A stretch of DNA of 64,000 nucleotides from Mobula hypostoma (GCF_963921235.1 NC_086097.1:120344001-120408000), one strand, 5' to 3'; counted from the stretch's first letter, positions 12,099 to 25,120 are shown. Program-made: numbers and translations. Notes: generated from the letters alone by a model not told the origin.

Positions 12099-13572
12099 GA
12101 AAAAGGATCTAGTGATATGATGAATAAATTCTTTTTAGGCTTCTATCTGGTACAGGTATTAATTTTAACCGACATTTCGATGACAAACTATAAATCTTCA
12201 TTAGGAATGATGCTTGGGCATGTCTAGTCCGGTGGTATTTATACCCCCATTGTCCATCCCTCCTGATTGGTTAGTCCACATCCAATCAGGCCAATCAGGT
12301 TTCTGCTGTCTTACCTTGTCTACAATTGAAGTCCAGTTTTTACTTAGAGTGAGAACCTCCTCTTTATTAAAATTCTTTTCCTCTAGTTTTATTTCAATGG
12401 CTTTCTTCACGAGGGATTCCCAAATGTCATTTGTGTGGCACAGTAGTTTTGTGCTGTCGAAGTAAATCCTATGGCCATTGCGAATGCAGTGTTCTGCTAC
12501 CACCAATTTCTCTGGGGAACCCAAACGGATACAACCCCTGTGCTCCTTGATGTAAGTTTCCACCAGGCGTCCCATTGGGCCAATATACGCTGCTCTGCAT
12601 TCACAGGAAATCTTGTATATGCCAGTCACACTGAATCCCAGGTCATTCTTGACCCGTATTAACTGTGATTTGGGCTTCCTTACAAGTTTGTGGATGGTAT
12701 TAATCTGGTATTTCCCCAGGATCCTGAAATCCTCCCAGAAACCATGGAAATATAGAGAAGACAAGCCACCACCACGCCTCCCAATGTAGAGTGGTTCTTT
12801 CTACTTTGAATAACCACGCAAAATCTATTTCGGTCCTGGAGGGTCTCCATGAGGAAATAAAACGATTACGTACAATGTTCCTACAGAATGACTATGAGGT
12901 GAAGGAAATGAATCAGGACTTAAGCAAGCTGATAGAAAAACAAGTAGGAGTCCATTGCTACCACCTGTCTTCCCTGTATTTCCATGGTTTCTGAAGGATT
13001 TCCAGGATCTATCTGATTAATACCATCTACAAACCTGTAAGGAAGCTCAAATTACAGCTTATGTGGGTCAAGGATGATCTCGGACTTAGGACAGCTGGCA
13101 CTTACAGGATTCCCTGTTAATGTGGAGCAGCATATATTGGCCAGATGGGGTGCACAGCAGAAACCCTCATCAAGAGCACAGGAGGTGTATCCATTTGGGT
13201 TACCTGGAGAAATCGTCAGGAGCAGAACATGGCATTTGTAATGACCACAGGATTGACTTTGATGGCATAAAACTAGTGTGCCATGATAATGGCATTTGGG
13301 ACTGCCTGGTGATGAAATAAAACTAGAGCAAAATAATTTTAACAAAGAAGAAGGACTCGCTCTAAGTAAGAACTGGAATTTGACTGCAAGCAAGGTAGGA
13401 CAGCGAAAAGCAGATTGGATGAGAATTAACCAATCAGGAGGAACGGACAAGGTGGGTATAAGTACCGCCGGACTGGGCTTCCCAGGCATTATCCCTGATG
13501 AAGATGGCAGAGTTTGTCATCAAAAAATTGGTAATATCAATACCTGTATCTGGCTTGAAGCCTGAGAAGAGT
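12099..13572. mobile_element. Penelope-like element, two head-to-head GIY-YIG arms (minus about 12099-12775, plus about 12776-13572)
   Basis: GIYKISCECRAAYIG...AEHC...AIEIKL...NFNKEE in ORF 12201-12764 (-) and homologous fragments on +. 13-bp flanking direct repeat TCTTTCTCTTTTT at 12086-12098 and 13573-13585. Confidence 0.85.
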
Positions 13573-14994
13573 TCTTTCTCTTTTTATTTCTCTTTTCATA
13601 GTCACTGTCTGACCTAAGTCTTACAAGAACTTTTTTTTTTAGCATTTATTTCAGGACTCCAGTGTCTGCAATTCTTTTAAAATGTCAAATATTTTGCGTC
13701 ACCTGCATTTTCCTTGCTATTGTTTGTTTTAAACAAATACTTGTTAATATACGATCATTCCTGGAGTAGAATCTCATCCTCCAGAATATAAACTTGTTAT
13801 TCGTTCCCAACATGTAAATTCAGGGAAAAATATTGACAGGAAACAATACAGTATTACTGAAGGAAATTACTATTATCAATACATTGTGCCTCCATATAAT
13901 TTTTAAATTCTAAATACTAAACATGTAATTTGAATCAGATTGATTTTTTTATTCAGGGTTTGAAAGCTTGCTCTGGATGTGACACAGGATACATCGAGTG
14001 CAGCATAGATTGCTGAGGACAGCTGATGTTAATTGAGTCTTTTCTTCCTCGCACACCCAAATAATTGGCTCAATTGATATCGGTAATCTATTACAAAAAA
14101 AATGCTTTGAACATACATCAGAAATTATCAAATAGTAAAAGCACTGACTAAATTATCTTTAGTTTCTAGCTACCATTCAATAGTTTTGATTAGGGAGTTT
14201 AGTCAGTTTTTTTTTCAAAAGTAGCAAAATAGCTATAATTAAGGTCACAAGCAACATCTTACATGATTGTAATTATGATAAACTATTCTTCTTCAGCCTT
14301 CTCAAATTGCCCGCAGCTTTTGACATGATTAGTCACCAAACTTTTCCAGTACTCTCCTCTATTTCACTAATGCCCTTACCCTAGTCTGGCTTATATGTGA
14401 CTTCAGGAAGAATGAAATGTACCAGTAAGCAAGTCAGTCATTTAAAAAAAATGTTTAGATAAGACATCTTTCAATCATTGGTCTTCTTGGTACTATATGG
14501 TTGAAAGTTAATTTAATCTGGATGATATCGTGCTCGCAATGACTTCTAGCTCAAATCATGCCAGTTGGGAAATTTAACCAGATATTTCCTTTCACCCCGT
14601 GACTCTTGAGACAATTTCCACATCAAGGGTACGTCCAGTGTAATGGTCCTACTGGAGCACGACAAGAGAACGTGGGTCATAAAGAACAGGGGGTATCTAT
14701 TGTGGGGCACTCTAAGGATAATGTGGCCAAGAAATATTGACCCAAACCTGTGGAGTTCTCTGTATTCTCACTGCAATCTATTGCCAACTCCCTCAACGCC
14801 AATGTACAGGCCTCTCTATGACCACACCACCTTAGACCCTTCTCCCCACTAAGTATTCTGGCCCTCATGGCTCACACAAAATAACATCCTAACTTCCTGC
14901 TCCCAAACCTGTGGTATCCCTGCCGATCTTGCCCCATTTCACACCAGCTCTCTCTGCCTGGTCTTTAAGCTAACCCTGTCTCAAGGTATGGCTG

Positions 14995-15235
14995 GAATCA
15001 GAATCAGAATCAGGTTTATTGTCACTGTCATAAGTGTGGCAGCAGTGCAGAGCCAGCACAAGACATTACTACAAATTACGCTATAAATAACATAATAGAT
15101 GGTGCAAAAGAGGAATGGTAAGGTAGTGTTCATGGGATCATGGACCGTTCAGAAATCTGACGGCAGAGGTGATGAAATTATTCCTGCAACACACATCAAA
15201 GTTGCTGGTGAACGCAAATTATTCCTGTCAGGTTT
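14995..15235 (-). mobile_element. Rex1-type 3' tail fragment
   Basis: gaatcagaatcagaatcaggtttatt is the reverse complement of the Rex1 tail at about 2315-2340. Confidence 0.65.
15187..15215 (-). mobile_element. 29-bp Penelope pseudo-LTR-derived insertion
   Basis: caacacacatcaaagttgctggtgaacgc is identical to 39220-39248 and is flanked by a 12-bp TSD AAATTATTCCTG (15175-15186 and 15216-15227). Confidence 0.9.
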
Positions 15236-15949
15236 GTGCTGAGCTGCGATATCCATCGAGGTTATAGCTCAGACTTAGTTGGTTTATTTGATCGTAGGGA
15301 TGGTTTTAGAAAATTAGGCGTCTGGTTAAGATTTATGGAAAGGGATGAGAGAGAGTTAGAGGTCGGGGGTGTTGAAAGAGCCAGAGGTTGAAGTTCAGGT
15401 TTGAATGCTTCAGGGATGAAGGTCAGCGATCCCCAAGAATGGATATCAGGTCAGCAGGAACTAACGAAGTAGACTAGTGATCCCAGTGGTCTAGAATTGA
15501 GGTTGGCAGGCCCCAGTCACCCCCAATGTCAATGAGTCCCAGGGTTAGAGGTCCGTGTGGAGCAGATCCGGAGCTTTCAGGTCAGGCAGCAGGTCCAGAG
15601 GCAAGAGGTTGGTTAGCAGATCCAAAAGTCTGGGGTTGTATATTTTTCAGTGGGCTTCAATCATTGTGAACAGTCATTTGTTGATGAGGGAGTGCAAGGC
15701 TTAAAAAGAGCTGGGTGCCTTTCAGAACTTTTTGATGGGCTTCATTCTTAACAATGTCTAGATACCCAGTAGAAGCCAATAAAAAGAAGTGAACTATATA
15801 TAAGTAGAAGAACCATTGATGGAATGTGTCAGTGGTCAGGTTTTGGTTCAACTGGCTTAGGTGAGGACTGATGAAAATAAGCATGAGAAATTAGAGATAT
15901 AACAAATATAGGCAGTTTGGTAGTTAAGGCAGTGGATTGCTCCTTCTCT

Positions 15950-18810
15950 AAGAAGTAGGATCTCAGGTACCTTAACAGGTTCCCTAATGACTACATTTGC
16001 AGAAAATGCGCGTGACTTCAGCTCCTGACTGACAAGGTCAAGAAACTGGAGCTGTTGTTGGATGCGCTCTGGACCATACAAGAGGCTGAAAACTTCATAG
16101 GTGAGACTTTTAATGAGGTGGACACACTTAGAGTACGGGTTCAGATGATGGTTGACCATTAGGCGAAATAAGCAGTCAGTGCAGGATTCCCTATGACCAC
16201 TCTCCTCAGCAACAACTATACCCGTTTTGGTACTGCTGGGGGGTGTGGAGATAACCTATCAGGACACAACAGCAACAACCAGGCCAGAAGGGCTGTAGCT
16301 GCTTTCAAGGCTCAGCAAGGAAGGGTAAAATGAAGGCAGAGGGATTGTTATAGGAGACTTGATAGTTAGGGGAACAGACAGGAGATTCTCTGAAAGAGAT
16401 GCCATGATTGTGTGTTACCTCCCTATTAACTAGGGTTCAGGATATCACAGAGCAACTGCAGAGGATTCTCAAGAACAAGGATGAGCAGCCAGAAGTCATA
16501 GTGCACATTGGCACTAATGACATAGATAGAAATGTGGAAGAGGTCCTTCGTAGCGAGCATAAGGAGTTCGGGAAGAGGCTGAAGAACAGGACCTCCAAGG
16601 CAGTAATCTCTGGATTACTCCCAGTACCACAAGCTAGCCAGGGCAGGAACAGGATGCGAGTACAGATGAATGAGTGGCTAATTATCTAGTGCAGGGGAAC
16701 TAGAGGGAGAGGCTGAGAATATGGAAGCTGGATACAAGTTGATGCAATGTGTAATATGTCTGTGAGAATGAACAGGCAGATAGCACAAAATTTCAGTCAG
16801 TGGGATGAATTGAAGTACAACATGGGGACAAAATCATAAAAGGTGCTGAATACAGGACTAAAGGTGTTACATTTGAATGCATGTGATATAAGGTCGATGA
16901 TCGTGTAGCACAGTTAGAGATTGGCAAGTATGATGTTGTGGGTATCACTGACTCATGGTTGAAAGAAGACCATAGTTCTGAGCTAAACATCCAAGGATAC
17001 ACATTGTACCAAGAGGATAGACAGGTAAGCAGAGAGAGAGTGGGGTGGCTCTGTTGGGAAAATCTGAAATCAAATCCTTAAAAAGAGGTAACTAAATATC
17101 AGAAGATGTAGAATCCTTGTGGGTAGAGTTAAGAAAGTGCAAGAGTAAAAAGACCCTGATGGGAGTTATATACAGGCCTCGAGCCAGTAGACAGAATGTG
17201 GAATATAAATTATACACAAGATAGAAAAGACATGTAAAAAGGGCAATGGCACATTAGTTAGGGGAGTTCCAATATGCAGGTAGATTGTGAAAATCAGGTT
17301 GGTGCTGGATCCCAAGCGAGGGAATTTGTAGAGTGCTTACAAGATAGGTTTTTAGAGCAGTTTGTGGTTGAGCCCACAATGGGAAAGGTAATTCTGGATT
17401 GAATGGTGTGTAATGAACTAGAAATGATTAGAAAGCTTAGGACACAGTGATCAGAATAGGAGGAGCTGGCCTAAGTTTATAGGAAGGTACACTATCAGCG
17501 ATGTTGGCAAAATAGCAGTGGCTGGAGTTTCTGCGGGCAATTCAGATGGCATAGGATAAATACACCCCAAACATGTAGAAATACTCTAAAGGGCTAAAGT
17601 GGTAATCATGGCTCACAAGGGAAGTCAAAAATAGCATAAAAGGAAAAGAGAACACATATAACATAGCAAAAATAGTGGGAAGTTGGATGATTGGAAAGTT
17701 TTTAAAAATCAACAGATAGCTACCAAAAAAACCATAAGGAGCAAAAAGATGAAATATGTAGGTAAGCCAGTCAGTAATATAAAAAGGAATACAAAACATT
17801 TTTTCAGATTCAGATATATAAAGAGTAAAATAGAGGCAAGAATAGTTATTGGATCCACTGGAAAATTATACTGGCGAGGTAGCAATAAGGAAAAAAAGAA
17901 ATTCCAGACAAACTTAATAAGTATTTCCCACCAGTCTTCACTGCGGAAGGTACTAGCAGTATATTGGAAGTTTGTGAGTGTCAGGGAGAAGAAGTGAGTG
18001 TAGTTGCTATTACTACAGAGAAGGTGCTTGGGAAACTGAAAGGTCTGAAGGTAGATAAGCCACCTGGGTCAGTCACATCCCAGAGTTCTGAAAGACGCAG
18101 TTAAAGAGATTATGGAGGCATTAGTAATGATCTTTCAAGATTTGCTAAATTCTGGAATGGTTCCAGAGTGCTCAAAAATTGCAAATATTGCTCCGCTCTT
18201 TAAGAAAGGTGGGAGACAAAAGAAAAGTAATTAAAGGCCAACAACAGGAATTCTGCAGATGCTGGAAATTCAAGCAACACACATCAAAGACCCAGGTCCT
18301 GACAAAGGCTCTCGGCCTGAAACGTTGTCTGCACCTCTTCCTACAGATGCTGCCTGGCCTGCTGCGTTCACCAGCAACTTTGATGTGTAATTAAAGGCCA
18401 CTTAGTAAGCATCTCTGTGGTTAGGAAGATGTGGGAGTCAGTTGTTAAGAATGAGGTGTCGGGGTATTCCCCCAAAGAATTCCAACAGATTTGTCTGGCA
18501 AGAAACTATGAGGAGAGCTTGATGGCTCTAGGCCTGTAATCTCTGGAGATAAGAAGAATCAAGGGAGATCTCATTGAAACCTATCTAATATGGAAAGACT
18601 TAGATAGGGTGGATGTAGAGAGAATGTTTCCTATAGTGGCTGAGTCTGGGACTGGAGGGCATAGACTCAGATAGAGAGATGTCCATTTAGAACTGAGGTG
18701 AGGCGTAATTTCTTGAGCCAGACAGTGGTGAATCTGTGTAATTCATTGCCTTAGAAGGCTGTGGAGGCCAAGATATTTAAAGCAGAGGTTGATAAGTTGT
18801 TGACTAGTTA
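15950..18810 (+). mobile_element. Old degraded CR1 (ORF1 esterase region, ORF2 EN and RT fragments, large deletions)
   Basis: RVQDITEQLQRILK...PEVIVHIGTNDI...VISGLLPVP (CR1 ORF1 SGNH-like region). EN-like and RT-like remnants are colinear with 25698-28244. Confidence 0.85.
18241..18386. mobile_element. 146-bp internally inverted Penelope pseudo-LTR insertion
   Basis: 14-bp TSD GTAATTAAAGGCCA (18227-18240 and 18387-18400). Segments 18241-18289 and 18290-18386 are opposite-orientation pieces of the same unit. Confidence 0.9.
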
Positions 18811-19233
18811 GGGAATTACATTATTAGCAAGGGGTGACATAGGGTCAGACAATGTTGTATCCTTGCGGGTGGCGTTAAGGAACTGCAAAGGTAGAAAAAA
18901 ACACGATGGGAATCTAATCCCTGGAGGTCTTTAGCCTCCGGCCTCCAGCATACTCGTGGGTCATGAACTTGGGGATCAGGCAATTGGGTCTCGATTTCTG
19001 TTTTTCTGAAGAAAGCTTCAGGGGAAGCTGAACGTCTTTACGAGCACCAGGTGCCACGTGTGATGTTGCCACTTAGCTCTTACTCTCCTGTACTATTCTC
19101 GATCATTTCTCCAGCTGTTGGTCTCTGCATGTCCAGCTGACGATGTACATTTTGCTCTTTGACTCTGGGTTAGGGTAACCAAGGCCCCATGCATTTGTAG
19201 TTGAGTCTCCTTTCTTAAAAAATATATAATATA

Positions 19234-20704
19234 AGGTGCCTTGAAAAAATACTCAGTTCCCACAACTATTTTCACATTTTTCTGTCTCATTTTCTGAATT
19301 TAAATTATATTGTGGTTAGAGTTTTTTTGGCATTAATCTACAAGACATTGTTCATTATGTTAAATCAAAAGGAACATTCAAAATTATGTCAGCAATTTAC
19401 TAAAAATTAAAAACCAAAATTGTGAGATTGAAAATGTATTCATCCCCCTTTGTAATTACTATGCCAACTTTCCTCAGGTGCAATATATGTATTACCTTAG
19501 CAACTCGCCCAATTTGTGAACTTAGAAGTTTGGAGGTTCACCTGTTTTCAATGAATTCATAAGAACAAATAACCCTTCTCTCTGCAAGATCCAACGGTAT
19601 GGTAGATTTTCAGCATACTATACCAAAACAAAGACAAATAGTTATTCAGGACAAGTCAGGGAAATGATAATACACAAATCTGGAGAAGGGTACAAGTCCA
19701 TTTCAAAGGCATTGAACATACCTCAGAGCTCAGTGCAGTCCATCGAGATAAAGTGGAAAAAATATGAGATCACAGTCGTACTGTCCAGATCAGGCCCCTC
19801 CATCTAAACCTAGTCACTGGAGAAGAATGGCACTTGTTAGAGAGGCTACTGTGACACCAACAGTCACTCTGAGTGAGCTGCAAAAGTTAATGGCTACAAC
19901 TGGGGATTAAATTCATGGCTCCACAATATCTATTATCTTGCATAAAAATGGTATTTATGGAAGAGTGGTAAGGAAGAAGCCCTGGCTTAAAAAAATATAT
20001 ATAATTGCCCATCAAGACTTTGTAAAGCATCACTTCGAAGATATTCTAAAGATGTGGAAGAAGATCTTATGGTCAGATGAGACAAATAAATTTTTGTCCT
20101 CAACACTATGCACTACGTGTAACATAAATCTAACACTGTACATCAGCCAGGTAATACCATTCTTACTGTAAAGTATGGTGGAGGTAGCATCATGCTATGG
20201 GAATGCTTTTCAGCATCAGGATTGATGGGAAGATGAAGACTGCTAAATGCAGAGAGATCCTGGGTAAAAACCTGTTAGTCTCTGCCAGAAAGCTGTAACT
20301 AGAAAGGAAGTTGATCTTTCAGCAGGACAACAACCCAAAGCACACTGCCAGAGCAACCATAGAGTGGCTTTAAATGAAGAAAATTGATATCTTTGTGTGA
20401 CCCAATCAGAGTTCTGAACTTAACCTGATCAAACATCTCTGGCAAGATCTCAAGATTGCTAAGTACCGACATTCCCCAACTAACCTGACACAGCTGGAAG
20501 AATTTTGCAAGGAGTGCAAAATTGCTGTATTTCAAGTTTTGAATTTTTAGTTATTCACACTCACAATTTTCCCCTGTCTTTTGGGCTCTACTGTGAACAA
20601 AAGAGCATGTGATTGATAAATATAAATTCTCAATTGAATCCCTAGTTTTAATACTTATTTATGTAAATAAAGGGCTGGGGGCTGAATACGTTTTCAAGGC
20701 ACTG
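19234..20704 (+). mobile_element. Tc1/mariner DNA transposon, near full length, decayed transposase
   Basis: TIRs aggtgccttgaaaaaatactcag and ctgaatacgttttcaaggcactg, flanked by TA. Motifs [38 protein letters not shown] and FQQDNNPKHTA occur across broken frames. Confidence 0.9.
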
Positions 20705-21169
20705 TAGTCTTTCAATACAAAAATCTCAATGTAATTTCTCCAAATGGTGGTGAATGAGTTGCCCTGTGACGTCCTGATTTTTAACAGGCCTATGTCTCCG
20801 TTTCCTACCATTGTTTCCATGGCAATTTTCAGGAAGCCAGAGAGTCATATGCATGCAATGTTATATTTAAACTCCTGTCAAGCTGTGTTAAATATTTTAA
20901 TGACTTACCTGCAGCAACACACACACTGTAACTGAATCTCTGGTCAAGGTTCTCTACTTCAGCTGAGATCAGTTGGAAGTAAATGCATTAAAAATAGCTC
21001 CAGTACCTGCTGATATTTTGACTGAATTTAACATTTCACCTGCTCCTGAAGCTACATATTCTTCATTGTTAAAATTTCCCTCATTTATTCTGATTAAAGT
21101 CATTATTGCACAGAATCATTCTGCTTGTTCTTCTAACTTTCTTCCATCTTCTCTGCTCATCAAACTTCC

Positions 21170-21845
21170 ATACTGTAGATGCACATTGGAGAGTATCCAG
21201 CATCTGCAGAACCTTTTGTGTTTGTGGAGAGTATCCTGACCAGTTGCATGATAGACTGACATGGAAAGGTCAATGCCCAAAATTGGAAAAATCTAAAAAT
21301 ATGTTGGTATAGCCCAGTCTATCATAGAAAAAACCCTCCCCCTGCCCACCATTGAACATAACAGCAAACAGTGCTACCACAAGGAAGCAGCATCCAACAT
21401 GAAGGCCCCCCTGCCATGCAATACATGCTCTCTCACTTCTGCCCTTGGGAAGGAGGTACAGGAGCCTTAGGGTCCACACAACTAGGATCAGGAACAGTTA
21501 TTACTCTTTCAAGTATCAGGCTTCTGTATCAGCATGGATAATTACATTCACCTCAAAACTGGAATGACTCCACAACCTGTGGACTCAAGTTCAATGACTC
21601 TACAACTCATGTTCTCAGTATTATTTATCTTTATGATTTACTTATTTACCAATTTATACATTTATTTTTGTATTTACATAATTTGTCTTCTTTTGCCCAT
21701 TGGTTGTCTGTCAGCCTTTGTACAGTATGTAGTTTTTAATTGAGTCTACTATATTTTCGTTCTTCCGTGAATCCTTGCATAAATGAATTTCAGGGTAATA
21801 TATGGTAACCTATATGTTATTTGATAATACATTTAACTTGAAATA
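21170..21845 (+). mobile_element. Rex1/Babar 3' fragment
   Basis: Similar to 1790-2120 (ggaaggaggtacaggagcct = GRRYRS), followed by a T-rich 3' UTR. Confidence 0.75.
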
Positions 21846-21942
21846 TCAATTTTGATAAGAAGTTTTAGGGTGCCATGGTAACATAGTGGTTAGAGCAACA
21901 CTATTGCATAGAAGAGTACAGCAATATTATGCCAAACCAGCT

Positions 21943-22261
21943 AAAAAAAAAAGTTAAAGACATCCGTTAGTCTTTGCAAGACCCTAGATCTGTGCCTGGA
22001 AAGTCTTCAATCTCCAGGGCTCAGGCCTGGGCAAGGTTGTATGGAAGATCGGCAGTTGCCCATGCTGCAAGTCTCCCCTCTCCACTGATGTTGTCCAAGG
22101 GAAGGGCATCAATACCCATACAGCTTGACACCAGTGTTGTCCCAGAGTACTGTATGATTAAGTGCCTTGCTCAAGGACACAACACACTACATCGGCTGGG
22201 GCTCGAACTCACGACCTTCAGATTGCTAGTCGAATGCCTTAACCACTTGGCTACGTGCCCA
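21943..22261 (-). mobile_element. tRNA-derived SINE (same family as 57676-57985)
   Basis: Minus-strand head has A box TAGCCAAGTGG and B box GAGTTCGAGCC. 10-bp TSD CAAACCAGCT (21933-21942 and 22262-22271). Confidence 0.88.
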
Positions 22262-22380
22262 CAAACCAGCTGAAAGGCAAAGCAAAAACACCGGAGCACT
22301 AGTCCCTCCTATCTACACCATTTTCATATCCTTCCATCTTCTTTATATCCATGCGCCTATCCAAATGTCTCTTAAAAGCC

Positions 22381-22780
22381 CTTCTTCTCCGTTGATTGTC
22401 ACCCTGTCGTGGTGGAGAAGCTTGTGTAGTTCTGTGATCCCGAGAACAATGCCGTCTGAAGCCATGCTCCTGGTAGGGTCACCCATGGCGGTAAGGTCGA
22501 GGGTGAAGTCCCTGACAAAGAACAATCCAACCAAGACCTCAACGGTGGAAAAGGTGGACGAAGTTACTTCCAACTCAACAGCTGTGAAGGCGGATGAAAG
22601 CTGCAACAAATCCATCAGCTCCAATCGTCGTGGTTTCCATGCCATTGGAATCAGTTGGTTGATTTGTGAAGTATTGTGTGCTTCTTGGAGCACAACATCA
22701 AGCACACATCCTTCCTCTGTGGGCCACTTCTTCAGAATGAAGACCATCATCCTCGACCTCGAGGGATAGCCACGACGATG
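22381..22780 (+). mobile_element. RTE-5'-UTR-derived non-autonomous element
   Basis: caccctgtcgtggtggagaagcttg...tagggtcacccatggcggtaaggtc resembles RTE/Expander 5' ends. Candidate TSD AAAAGCC (22374-22380 and 22781-22787). Confidence 0.65.
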
Positions 22781-23527
22781 AAAAGCCTCTCATCTATAAG
22801 CCTCTACCACCACACCAGACAGTGGATTCGAGGCATCCACCACTCTGAGTAACAAAACTTATCCCTCAAATCTCCCTTGAACCTACCCCCTCTCATCTTC
22901 AATGCATGCCATCTGGTATTAGACATTTCAGCTCTGCAAAACAGATACTCTTTGTAAACTCTATCTATGCCTCTCATAATCATGTAGACCTCTGTTAGAT
23001 CTCCCTTCAGCCCCAATGCTCCAGAGAAAACTCTTCAAGTTTATCCATCCTCTCGTTATAGTACATGCCCTCTAAACCAGGCAACATCCTGATGAACCTC
23101 TTCTACACCCTCTACAAAGTCTCAATATTCTTCCTATAGTGAGACAACCAGAACTGTTTGCAATACTCCAGCTGTACCCTAACCAGAATTAAAAAAAATT
23201 CCAACATAACCTCCTGACTTCTGAGCTCAATACCTCAACTAATAAAAGGAAGCATTCCATAAGTTGTCTTAATCACCCTATCAACCTGTGTGGCCACTTT
23301 AAAGAAGCTATGAACTTGGACCCCAAGATATCTCTGCTCAGTAACACTATTAAGGATCTTGTCCTTAAATAGTGTATTTTCTCCTTGCATTTGCCCTACT
23401 GAGGTGCAATGCCTCACATTTATCTGGGATAATCTGCATCTGCTGTTTCTCAACACATATCTGCAATTGGTCTATATCATGCTGTATTCTTTGCCAGTCT
23501 TCTACACTATCCACCACTCCATCGATC

Positions 23528-24405
23528 TTAGAAACAGAAATATAGAAAACCTACAGCACAATACAGTCCCTTCAGCTCACAAAACTGTACCGAACATGTA
23601 CTTACTTACATAGGATTACCCATAGCCCTCTATCTTTCTAAGCTCCATGTACCTGTCCAGGAATCTCTTAAAAGACCCTATTGTAATTGCCTCCACCACA
23701 GTCGCTGGCAGCCCATTCCACACATTCACCACTCCCTGTGTAAAAAACTTACCCCTGACATCCCCACTGTATCTCATTTCAAGCACCTTTAAACTGTGCT
23801 CTCTCATGTTAGCCATTTCAGCCCCAGGAAAAATCCTCTGACTGTCCACACGATCGATGCCTCTCATCATCTTATACACTTTTTAAGGTCACTTCTCATC
23901 CTCCATCGCTCCAAGGACAAAAGGCCAAGTTCACTCACCCTATTCTCGTAAAGTATGCTCCCCAATCCAGGCAACATCCTTGTAAATCTCCTCTGCACCC
24001 ACATCCACATCCTTCCTATAGTGAGGTGATCAGAATTGAGTACAATACTCCAAGTGGGGTCTGATCAGGGTTTTATACAGCTGTAACATTACCTCTCGGC
24101 TCTTGAACTCAATCCCACGGTTGATGAAGGCCAATGCACCATATGCCTTCTTAACCACAGAGTCAACCTGCACAGCAGCTTTGAGTGTCCTATGGACACG
24201 GACCCCAAGATCCCTCTGATCCTCCACACTGCCAAGAGTCTTACCATTAATACTATATTCTGCCGTCATATTTGACCTATCAAAATGAATCACCTCACAC
24301 TTATCTGGGTTGAACTCCATCTGCCACTTCACAGCCCAGTTTTGCATCCTATTGATGTCCCATTGTAACCTCTGACAGCCCTTGGCACTATCCACAACAC
24401 CCACA
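23528..24405 (-). mobile_element. CR1 3' fragment nested in the older CR1
   Basis: ORFs 24030-24404 and 23616-23879, with its own ttctatatttctgtttcta tail at about 23528-23550. Same subfamily as 40120-41002. Confidence 0.85.
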
Positions 24406-25120
24406 TCTAGGTATCATCCACAAATTTACTAACCCACATATTTACATCTTTATCCAGGTCATTTATATACATCACAAACAGCACAGGTTCCAGCAAAGAT
24501 TCCTGCAGAACACCACTACTTACAGACGTCCAGCGCAAATAAGTCTCTTCAACCGCTACCTTCTGTCTTCAGTGCAAGCCAATTCTGATTCAAAACAGTC
24601 AACTCACTGCAAACCCCATGCATCCTAATCTTCTGGATTAGCCTCCCATGAAGGACTTTATCAAATACCTTACTAAAATCAATGTAGGCAATATCGACTG
24701 CTCTATCTTCATCATTCTCACTTGTCACCTTATCAACAACTCAATCAAGTTGGTAAGACACGACTTACCCCGCACAAAGACATGTTGGCTCTCCATAACT
24801 AGCCCATAGATTTCCAAATGCTCATATATCCTATGCCTAAGAAAATTTTCCAGCAATTTCTCTACAACTGACGTGTCACTCACTGGTTTATAGTTCCCAG
24901 GATTTTCTCTTGTTCCCTTCTTAAATGGAGGTACAACATTAGACACCTGCCAGTCCTCTGAGATCTCACCTGTAGGTAAAGAGGACACAAAGATACTGAT
25001 CAAAGGCCCAGCAATCTCATCTCTTGTCTTCCTCCTTAACCTGTGGTAAATCCCAGCAGTAAATCCTGGGGACTTATCAAGCTTAATACTCCTTCAATGT
25101 CCCAACACCTCTTCCTCCTT

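Noticed and set aside
13949..14131. Cys-rich 60-aa minus-strand ORF with a possible acceptor near 14090
   Set aside because: No recognisable domain, and the plus-strand exon-like reading has stops in all three frames. Support is insufficient, although the region could be a conserved non-coding element.
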